Shown: piece by piece, positions 44,526 through 51,501 of the stretch
How the letters are laid out: each line of letters begins with the position of its first letter
How positions within the stretch are numbered: the stretch's first letter is position 1
Virus record (IMG/VR): IMGVR_UViG_3300029258_001885
Location: 1-51,501 of that record
Origin: a virus
Lineage: Duplodnaviria > Caudoviricetes
Strand: one strand, 5' to 3'
DNA length: 51,501 nucleotides
Translations under genes and position numbers: made by a program
The notes under the pieces: model-generated
The model's input: only the letters and a program-made list of their open reading frames with translations
Databases searched by the model: none
What the model was told of the DNA's origin: nothing

Positions 44526-46277
44526 GTCCAAGACATTGCCGCTGTTGTCCCCGCTGATGATTTTTACATCCCTGACACATTCGGCAAAACATCTGGTCTT
44601 TTTGTCGTAAACCATCCAAAGCTTGTTGTTTATCCTGTCCACACCAGACTCACGGGTCTTTTCCATGTGCAGCTGGATAAAGTCCTCGACAGGGTTGAGG
44701 TTTAAATAATTGTCGGCATCCTGATATGTCTGGCTGTAACCCTTCTGGTTGCCCGAGTTTACCCGCTGGCTGGAATCCACCTTGTGGGGCTGCCAGACCA
44801 CTATGACATGGACCATGTAATGAGTGGCAATCCTTATGAGCTCGCCATAGGCTGCAAGTTTGTCGCTGTTGCAGTCTCCTGTAATATGGTCAAGATTGTC
44901 CAGTATCAGGAGCCTGGCCCCCTTTGCAATCATTGACTCAAACTCAGACACGCACTCGGATGGTTTGACCCTTTTGCCCTCAAGCCTGGATATCATAAGC
45001 CGGGAAACCGTTTCCTTGTACTGCTCAGGCTTGCAGATGCCACGTACCACGTCTTTTATCTTCGGTTTCAGTGCCTTGCGGGTACCCTCCACGCTTATGA
45101 GACCCACACCGGTACCTGTCATTGCTGCATAAACTGCAATCTGGTTGCAAAAGCTGGTTTTGCCGGTACCGCTCTTCGCCAAAAGCCCTGTAGTCTCCCC
45201 ACCCCTGAGCCCTCCATTGAGCATGTGGTTTAGACTGTCAAAAGGCGTCTTGCATACAAGCACCACATTCTCTGGCTCATCCTCCCTGTCCATGTCCATG
45301 TCCATGTAATTGCCGGACTGGATACTGCAACCTCCAGTCAGCCGTGTGAGGCCCGTACAGGCATCCTCAACGTCTCCAAGGCAAAGCGAGGGGTTTTGTA
45401 CCAGCCACTCATTGAGGTCCTTGTAGGGCATTTTGAGCGTCCCTACACGATCCGGTCCCAGCTGGGCAAAAAACCGCTCCACAGCCCTCTGGCCTGCCTC
45501 ATCCTCATCCATTGCCAGCCACACCTCCCAGTCATCGGGTATGTACCTCAGCATGGAGTCCACGTGTATGGAGCCGGCACCGTTGGGCAGACTAAAGGAA
45601 TTTTCAAGGCCCAGCTGCCAGCCCACCATGGCATCCCATTGTCCCTCAAAAATAACTGCACGCTTTTTTGGATCTTGCAAATTCAGCAGATGGTTGCCTA
45701 TCAGCAGACCTGTGGGAGCCCCTTTTTGGTCAAACCAGTCAGTGCAGTTTTTGGAGTCCCGGTCAAGACATACACGTATCCTTGCATTGACAATGCCCCA
45801 CGTTCGGCCAGTCCAGGCATATATTGGCCATCTCAGAGCCTCCGGTCCCTTGGTGGACACCCTCCAGGCATCAAGGGTACGGTCTTCGATACCCCTGAAA
45901 CGGCAATACTCCAAAAGGTCCGGGTGATGCCCACAGGTCACAGGTCTCCTCTGTATGCCAAAAAACCTCTCAAAGTCCACAGGCCTGATGGGGTTGGCAT
46001 CGTCCTTGTACCTGTCGTTTAAAGGCAAGGGTGCACCAAAATCCCTTGTCAGGGTAAAGAAGTTGCCAACAGCCCCACATCCGAAACACCTCCACAAACC
46101 CGTCTCCATGTTTATCTGGCTGGAAGGGTTTGAGGCAGAGTCACCCATGCACTTTGGGCACGGTCTGAATCTCAACTCCTTGCCGTAGGCCTTGACCCAT
46201 TTGGCATGCCTTGACAAAAAAGCTGCAACCTCACCCTCTCTGGGCGATCTGTACTCACGCCTGGACTGCATTGACAT
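44508..46277 (-). CDS. primase-helicase (T7 gp4/Twinkle-like: Zn finger + TOPRIM + SF4 helicase)
   Basis: CPKC...CFGC; FEGQWDA, AMDEDEAG, KDLNE; Walker A AKSGTGKTS; LILDNL; QDADN. Confidence 0.92.
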   Translation of the reverse strand: MSMQSRREYRSPREGEVAAFLSRHAKWVKAYGKELRFRPCPKCMGDSASNPSSQINMETGLWRCFGCGAVGNFFTLTRDFGAPLPLNDRYKDDANPIRPVDFERFFGIQRRPVTCGHHPDLLEYCRFRGIEDRTLDAWRVSTKGPEALRWPIYAWTGRTWGIVNARIRVCLDRDSKNCTDWFDQKGAPTGLLIGNHLLNLQDPKKRAVIFEGQWDAMVGWQLGLENSFSLPNGAGSIHVDSMLRYIPDDWEVWLAMDEDEAGQRAVERFFAQLGPDRVGTLKMPYKDLNEWLVQNPSLCLGDVEDACTGLTRLTGGCSIQSGNYMDMDMDREDEPENVVLVCKTPFDSLNHMLNGGLRGGETTGLLAKSGTGKTSFCNQIAVYAAMTGTGVGLISVEGTRKALKPKIKDVVRGICKPEQYKETVSRLMISRLEGKRVKPSECVSEFESMIAKGARLLILDNLDHITGDCNSDKLAAYGELIRIATHYMVHVIVVWQPHKVDSSQRVNSGNQKGYSQTYQDADNYLNLNPVEDFIQLHMEKTRESGVDRINNKLWMVYDKKTRCFAECVRDVKIISGDNSGNVLDLTRLR

Positions 46278-47358
46278 CTCCCAGCTCTACATCGTTTGAG
46301 CCAATTGTAAACCCAATCTTGTCCTTCTCCGCCTCACCATCCTCAGGGCCCACGTCAATTATATCTCCATAAATTTCATGGAGTTTGGACCCAATGGTTT
46401 GCCAGCCCTTTTTGGCAATCTGTATGAAATATGCATCCTTGAGTATGGCGTTGAAGTGCTTGGTAAACTGGGAGGGCTTGCGGTCGATTGTGGCAAACTG
46501 CCTGTGTGGCACCGTCAGGTCAAACTGTGGCTTGCCTGTCTTCTCGTCCATTGCAGGCACTCCACACGCAAAGATGTACCAGGCCAGTGACGCTGTCCTG
46601 CAACCATACTGCCTGAAGGTTTTGGTCAGCTCCCTGCGCTCCCTCATTGCCTGAGAAGGCATGTTTTTGATGTCTCCTGCCCAGTTGGGCCTTGCCGTAC
46701 CCCTGCCCATCTCGGACTGTCCGAAAACCCATATCCTGGCACACCCACTGACAAAATCCTTGTCCCGGTCTCTCCAAAGCATCTGGTCCCTCACCTTTTG
46801 GGCCTTGTCGGCACTCTCTGCAGCCACAAGGGCGTCAAGGCGGGCATCGTCGTTTATGTACTCCATGCCGTCCTCTCTTGGTGGCTCGGGCTCTCCATAC
46901 AAACAATCAGTCTCAAAACCCTGTACGTCCTCCTCATACTCCAGACGGGCAAGCCCAATGCCCACCAGATGCTTTGAAACAGTAGTAAAAACAGATGGTT
47001 TGGTTCCTGGTTCCATTAGCTGTCCAACAACAGGATTGATTGAAATTAACTGGGTCTTTTTTTTGCGGGTTCCATCATTACGCCATGCGGTCTCAATCCT
47101 GACAAGGCCAAACCTGCAAAGCTTTTTTAATCGGCACCTTATACGGTTGCGGGTTGATCTCAGGATTTTGGCCATGGTGTATGATGACAGTCTGGCCTGC
47201 AGACCTCCCTCCTTTTGGGCCTCTGATACCACCAGCCACATGATTGACTCGCCTATTGGGTCAAAAGCCGTTGGACTCAAATGACCCTGCCTTGCGGCTT
47301 CCCTGTACATCTTTTCCATTAACCTGCCTACTGCTGCCGGTACCTGCCTTTTTGTCAT
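46255..47358 (-). CDS. putative replication initiator / wHTH protein
   Basis: S...MAK.L..TRN.I...LKKL...GLV winged-helix pattern; coupled to the primase-helicase. Confidence 0.5.
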   Translation of the reverse strand: MTKRQVPAAVGRLMEKMYREAARQGHLSPTAFDPIGESIMWLVVSEAQKEGGLQARLSSYTMAKILRSTRNRIRCRLKKLCRFGLVRIETAWRNDGTRKKKTQLISINPVVGQLMEPGTKPSVFTTVSKHLVGIGLARLEYEEDVQGFETDCLYGEPEPPREDGMEYINDDARLDALVAAESADKAQKVRDQMLWRDRDKDFVSGCARIWVFGQSEMGRGTARPNWAGDIKNMPSQAMRERRELTKTFRQYGCRTASLAWYIFACGVPAMDEKTGKPQFDLTVPHRQFATIDRKPSQFTKHFNAILKDAYFIQIAKKGWQTIGSKLHEIYGDIIDVGPEDGEAEKDKIGFTIGSNDVELGDVNAVQA

Positions 47359-47359
47359 T

Positions 47360-47715
47360 TTTTTCTACTCCTCTCTTATTGTGTCTACTACGTAGTAGTA
47401 GACTATTTATTACGAAGTAATAACTGGTGGAAAAGCACCTAATGTTTGGGTGACCCCGACCACCTGGTCGGTTTTAATAGAATCCTTTAAAATCGATAAA
47501 ATATTTAGAATCTGTGAGGTGGTAATTTTGTGGTTGTTTTGTGGTTGCTTTTTGGAGTTTGTGTGGGACAATGTGGCCATCTCCTTTTGTTGGGGGATTT
47601 GTTTTTTTCTCGCTTTACTCGTGTGGGGTCTCCCAGGGCCCCCACAAAACTCTCCTGCATATTTCCAGTTTGTGAATTAACGTAATCATTATTTAACCCC
47701 TGCACACAGGACTCT
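47360..47715. other. AT-rich non-coding region with palindromes and direct repeats (candidate replication origin)
   Basis: CTACTACGTAGTAG and TTATTAC-GAA-GTAATAA palindromes; tandem TTTTGTGGTTG x2 (47526-47547); directly upstream of replication genes. Confidence 0.35.
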
Positions 47716-47720
47716 CAAGC

Positions 47721-47755
47721 AAAAAAAGAGGCAGAGCCCAAAGGCCCTGCCCCTC
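47721..47755 (-). terminator. intrinsic terminator after the SSB-like gene
   Basis: GGCAGGGCC-TTTG-GGCTCTGCC then TCTTTTTTT on the minus strand. Confidence 0.7.
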
Positions 47756-47776
47756 AACACAGTGGCGACTATCTCC

Positions 47777-48349
47777 CTAAAAAGGTATCTCATCAAGGTT
47801 GGGCACGTTGCCCACCGCGGGTGCCGTCACAGGAGGCTGCTGGAGCGTGTCCTGTGGCTGGGTTGCCGCGGCCTGAGCCGTCTGTGTGGTGACGTCTGGA
47901 GCACCAGGATTGGGTGCATTTATGAAGGTCACAAACTTGCCCGGCTGATACTTGTTGGGCTGTACCACCACGGTGCAGGCCCTGCCCTTGAGCTGACCCA
48001 TCATGCCCAGTACAGACTGGTCTCCGGTGGACCATGCCTGTGGTTCTGGCAAACCAAGATCAACATAAATGGCTTTTGTGCGGGTTATTGACTTCAGTAT
48101 TTTTTCCCTCTTGTCCTGATTGACTTCTGCCTGTGCAATGTCGGACTGGTTAAATCCCCATATGGTATATTGTGCCAGTCCTTCAGTGGTCCTTACCGAG
48201 ACATTCCATATTGGCCTGCCTCCAATTTCCTTTTGCTTGATCTCCTCTACCTTGCCGTCAAAAGACCCACATGGGTGCTGTTTGTAACCGCTGTCTGCCG
48301 ACGCACCCTTGACCATGTTGTCCAGTATTGCAGTCATGTCCTGTACCAT
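47777..48349 (-). CDS. single-stranded DNA-binding protein-like (DUF669 type)
   Basis: P.G.F...V.EI; L.GR.C.V.V; P/Q/A linker; acidic C-terminus LDEIPF; follows the Sak4-like ATPase. Confidence 0.7.
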   Translation of the reverse strand: MVQDMTAILDNMVKGASADSGYKQHPCGSFDGKVEEIKQKEIGGRPIWNVSVRTTEGLAQYTIWGFNQSDIAQAEVNQDKREKILKSITRTKAIYVDLGLPEPQAWSTGDQSVLGMMGQLKGRACTVVVQPNKYQPGKFVTFINAPNPGAPDVTTQTAQAAATQPQDTLQQPPVTAPAVGNVPNLDEIPF

Positions 48350-48384
48350 TTTAATCTCCTTTGTTTTTAATTGGTTGTAGGTTT

Positions 48385-49155
48385 TTATCTTTTGGATCTG
48401 ATTTTAAATCCAAGCTCCTCGGCCTTTTTTGCATAGGCATCACGTACCGTGGCCCAGTCCAGAGGCAGCTCACCCAGCTGTGCCAAAATGTCTGTCCTGT
48501 CCTTGGCTGCAATTGCAGGCTCCTGTTTAAATGTGATGACATGGGCACCGTCAAGCTTTTTGTGGATGTACCCAACACAGTTGACAATTCCGTCCAGATA
48601 CTGGGCAGCCTTGTTGTTGCTAAACGTGGGCACATGGCAGCTGACCTCCTGCTTGATACCGTTGTCCATTGGTACCTCAATATCCACCATGTTGCAGTGG
48701 GTCACAAACCGCACGTTTATGATGTCCATGAGCACCCTCAGCCACTGGGTCCACTCACGGTTGCACTCTGCCCACGTTTTGCCAAAGTCCTTGTCAGACG
48801 GGTATGTCACACCCTTGGCCTTGCACACCGAGTCCCTGCACATGACATTGAGGTTGTCCACAATGTCAATGACACAGGCACTGTACGGCAGCTTGCCATC
48901 CTTTTTTAGATGCCCAAGCTCAAACACCAGCTTTTTAAATGTGGGCCACTCCCTGACCGGTACCACGGTGGACTTGATAAACTCCTGACCGGGCTCCGTG
49001 GCTGCAAAGATGGCCTTGTCATCCCCTCCACAAAACCGGGTCTTGCCTGAGCCCGGTCTGCCAAAAACCATGAGTGTCAGGTCTTCAAACGGTGGTACCG
49101 TGTAGGTGTCCTGTCTGGGAGGTATTACGCTGTTTGGTTGCTGCTGGTCACTCAT
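48385..49155 (-). CDS. Sak4-like AAA ATPase recombinase
   Basis: VFGRPGSGKT, TEPG, VIDIVD, AKDR. Confidence 0.85.
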   Translation of the reverse strand: MSDQQQPNSVIPPRQDTYTVPPFEDLTLMVFGRPGSGKTRFCGGDDKAIFAATEPGQEFIKSTVVPVREWPTFKKLVFELGHLKKDGKLPYSACVIDIVDNLNVMCRDSVCKAKGVTYPSDKDFGKTWAECNREWTQWLRVLMDIINVRFVTHCNMVDIEVPMDNGIKQEVSCHVPTFSNNKAAQYLDGIVNCVGYIHKKLDGAHVITFKQEPAIAAKDRTDILAQLGELPLDWATVRDAYAKKAEELGFKIRSKR

Positions 49156-50098
49156 CCTTGTCTCCTCTGTGTATTGGGTTTAGGTACTTGTTTATAAATG
49201 ATCCAGAATCAAGTGGCTCCTTGCCGTTGGGTATGTACTGGCCACCAAGCTGGTCAGTGCCGTTGGCACACAGCGGAAGCCATTCACACGGTCCCCACTT
49301 GCCCATGCACTCACCAGGATTGCAGTCCCAGCCCGTCAGGGTGTGGGTCTTAAACATCTGTCTGATACGCCTGTCAAGCCTGTCCTTTTGTAGACTGTAG
49401 GCTGTCAGCTGGGCTGGCCCAAAAGCCACTGGTATCTCACGGTAAAAATCGGCGTTACGCTCACCACAGTACAGATCAAGCACCCTATGGGCATAGTCTG
49501 TGCCCGTCTCCTTTTTGGTCCTTTTGGTGGAAGTCTTCAGGGTCTGGCGGTACTTGATGCCTTTGGGCAGGATACCCTCAGAATTCAACAGGACATTGTA
49601 GTTTAAAAGCTGCTCATCCAGCCTGAGGGCCATTTCAAGATTGGGATCCAGCCGTGAGGTTGTCTTGTCCTCAATCACCCACTTGCAACCATCAATTTCC
49701 TGGATACAGTCAATATAAGCCACCTCAGTGTCCGTACGTATCTCATACTCACAGGCCGCAGTCTGTTTTGGGTCATCCTTGTAAAAAATCCCATATCCTA
49801 AAATGTAGGCATTGAGTCTGGACTGCTCATCCTCAATTGCATCAAGTCCCAGGTCAAACTCCTGCAGGTCTTGAATCAATTCCTTGTTGGCCTCATTTAT
49901 TGCCACAGGCACCTTGTGGCCCTGTCTGATCAGATATAGTGCCTTGTGGTATGCCCTGCCTATCGCCTGAGCCTTTGAGCCACCTGTCTTGGGCTGAATG
50001 CCGGCTACATACCTGTAAAAAACTTTGCGTGGACAGGACTTGTAAGCTGCCCTCATGCTTGCACTAATTAAAGGAGTGCCACCTGTTGGGTCTGTCAT
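49148..50098 (-). CDS. PD-(D/E)XK (Cas4/RecB-like) exonuclease
   Basis: SAS...Y..CPRK..YRY, G.AYH, ID...EDKTT, QL.NY, C-terminal C...CEW..LC. Confidence 0.85.
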   Translation of the reverse strand: MTDPTGGTPLISASMRAAYKSCPRKVFYRYVAGIQPKTGGSKAQAIGRAYHKALYLIRQGHKVPVAINEANKELIQDLQEFDLGLDAIEDEQSRLNAYILGYGIFYKDDPKQTAACEYEIRTDTEVAYIDCIQEIDGCKWVIEDKTTSRLDPNLEMALRLDEQLLNYNVLLNSEGILPKGIKYRQTLKTSTKRTKKETGTDYAHRVLDLYCGERNADFYREIPVAFGPAQLTAYSLQKDRLDRRIRQMFKTHTLTGWDCNPGECMGKWGPCEWLPLCANGTDQLGGQYIPNGKEPLDSGSFINKYLNPIHRGDKDE

Positions 50099-50117
50099 GC
50101 TTGTACCTCCATCTGGG

Positions 50118-50168
50118 TTGTGTTAAACAATACTCGACACTCATACCCCATACGGGTATGATTGGCAA
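50118..50168. promoter_or_regulatory. divergent promoter region with operator-like motif copy 4 and an inverted repeat
   Basis: TTGTGTTAAACAATAC at 50118-50133; rightward TCGACA-17-TATGAT (50134-50162); leftward TTGCCA-17-TATGAG; TCATACCC/GGGTATGA inverted repeat at 50141-50161. Confidence 0.55.
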
Positions 50169-50188
50169 TACACAAGGAGACCCAAAGG

Positions 50189-50713
50189 ATGAGGATTGCA
50201 GGCATTGACCCTGGCAAAAAGGGTGTTGTTGTTGCCCTTGACTCTGATGGTGGAGGCATGAGGATACACAAGCTCGGCTTTGACTCGGCTGGCACCCTTG
50301 TCTGGGACTGGTTTTACAAGTTTACAAAGGATGCAGACATAAACCTTTTTATTGTGGAGAGACCCAGAGGCAGGGGAGGATTTACAGCAACCAGCACCTT
50401 TGCCCTTGGTGAGGTCTGTGGACAGGTCAGGCAGGTGGTTGCCCAGACCCAGATACCATGGAGACACGTGGACCCCAAGGTCTGGCAGGAAGTCATCCAC
50501 AAGGGCATACCAGCCAACAGGTCCCCAAAGATAAAGTCACAGGCTGCCTATGAGCAGCTTTACCCACATAAACCACTGCCTCTGACACCCAGGTCCAAAA
50601 AGACAGATGACAACCTCATTGACGCCCTGCTGATTGCTACATATGGAGTGCTCAAGTATGGAGGAGGCAAACTGCAGAGGTGGGACCTCTGCAAGGAGGA
50701 TGAGGATGCTTGA
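50189..50713 (+). CDS. RuvC-like Holliday junction resolvase
   Basis: MRIAGIDPGKKG, IVERP, F..G...G, P.VWQ, D.LIDALLIA.YG. Confidence 0.88.
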   Translation: MRIAGIDPGKKGVVVALDSDGGGMRIHKLGFDSAGTLVWDWFYKFTKDADINLFIVERPRGRGGFTATSTFALGEVCGQVRQVVAQTQIPWRHVDPKVWQEVIHKGIPANRSPKIKSQAAYEQLYPHKPLPLTPRSKKTDDNLIDALLIATYGVLKYGGGKLQRWDLCKEDEDA

Positions 50714-50915
50714 GGATATACCGGCATGGAGGATTAGTGTAATTATTTTGGGTCTGTTTTTTATGAGCATTGTCCTGTGGGTACTCTGGTTGAGATGGAT
50801 GACGCAAAAAAGACCTATTGGGTACCGCGAGTCCAAAATGCTCAAAAAACGGCTCATGTGCTCTGTTTATGATCCTGAGAGGTTATTGGTGGAAGATGAC
50901 GAGCAAACGATGTAA
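50706..50915 (+). CDS. small membrane protein
   Basis: One strong TM helix (ISVIILGLFFMSIVLWVLW); coupled to RuvC. Confidence 0.55.
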   Translation: MLEDIPAWRISVIILGLFFMSIVLWVLWLRWMTQKRPIGYRESKMLKKRLMCSVYDPERLLVEDDEQTM

Positions 50916-51027
50916 ATAGCCGGAGGCCCACGAGATTGTGGGCACATCCGGCTCCGATTTTGGCAGGTATTTATATTGTACATGATTTTGGAACAAGCGA
51001 CTAAATGAACACTGGCAAGGGGATTTT

Positions 51028-51501
51028 ATGCAAACATACAAGGTACTGAAATCAGACATGACAAGCCCATTCAAGAGCTTCCAGTTTGAAAAGGGAAGGG
51101 AATACACCTGCACGGACTTCTGTGAAGACAAATCCAAAGACTGTGCCGAGGGTTTTTATGCTACGCCTACAATTGAGGGATGCCTGTATACGAATCTGTC
51201 TGGCGGAAAGCAGGTTTTTGAATGCAAGGCTAGCGGCAGGTGTGTTGAATTCGACAGGTTTAAGATCCGGTGGGAGAAGCTAAATATTGTCCGAAGGGTT
51301 GAAGAACAAGAAATTAGACAAATTGCAAGGTCAGAAAGTGAAAAACGGGGATACAACATCGAAGATGCACTGTACCCGGTCAATCCGCTTTTGATTGACC
51401 CCCCTGAAATCACCGACAGGCACAAGCACCTGTTGAGACAGTGGGCTTCGGTCTGGGATTCGGTCGGGGATTCGGTCAGAGCTTCGGTCGGGGATTCGGT
51501 C
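51028..51501 (+). CDS. N-terminal part of SVxD-repeat protein (runs off the window end into 2..199)
   Basis: ATG 51028, 158 open codons MQTYKVLKSDMTSPFKSFQFEKGREY...C..GFYA...QWASVWDSVGDSVRASVGDSV; absent from the ORF track because it has no stop. Confidence 0.8.
   Translation, partial: MQTYKVLKSDMTSPFKSFQFEKGREYTCTDFCEDKSKDCAEGFYATPTIEGCLYTNLSGGKQVFECKASGRCVEFDRFKIRWEKLNIVRRVEEQEIRQIARSESEKRGYNIEDALYPVNPLLIDPPEITDRHKHLLRQWASVWDSVGDSVRASVGDSV
51445..51501 (+). repeat. 12-bp in-frame tandem repeat G(A/C)TTCGGTC-NG(G/A)
   Basis: GCTTCGGTCTGG GATTCGGTCGGG GATTCGGTCAGA GCTTCGGTCGGG GATTCGGTC. Confidence 0.9.

Noticed and set aside
49148-50098. Cas4 as part of a CRISPR system
   Set aside because: No other cas genes or array; the Sak4/SSB context indicates a phage recombination nuclease.
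51445-51501. CRISPR array or DGR variable repeat
   Set aside because: Units are contiguous 12-mers in frame with a protein, with no spacers; I found no reverse transcriptase or TR/VR pair anywhere in the window.
1-51501. Stop-codon reassignment
   Set aside because: Core genes are full length in the standard code, and TAA, TAG and TGA are all used as stops.

Overview
The window looks like an essentially complete ~51.5 kb genome of a long-tailed (siphovirus-like, HK97-fold) dsDNA phage. The two ends join in frame inside a 12-bp tandem repeat. A long minus-strand late block (38052 to 2567) holds the terminases, a portal-MuF fusion, prohead protease, capsid, neck, tail tube, a frameshifted chaperone, tape measure, tail tip, many accessory fibre/decoration genes, lysis genes and two secreted paralogs. 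A minus-strand early block (50098 to 38137) holds a PD-(D/E)XK nuclease, Sak4-like ATPase, SSB-like protein, primase-helicase, RHH regulator, sigma-like factor and ParB-like protein. A short plus-strand block (50189 to 2528) holds RuvC, an SVxD-repeat protein, an adenine MTase and small hypotheticals. I saw no integrase, tRNA, CRISPR array or reverse transcriptase. The most unusual signals are: (1) several virion-type fibre/beta-sandwich proteins carry Sec signal peptides, three of them with paired cysteines; (2) the core genome strongly avoids GAA/TTC on both strands while apparently recent modules do not; (3) a promoter-driven ~160-nt multi-stem RNA candidate; (4) a C5 methyltransferase split over two fully overlapping frames; (5) a shared palindromic operator-like motif and several hidden paralog families. 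All product calls come from motif recognition by eye, not database searches, and the host is unknown.
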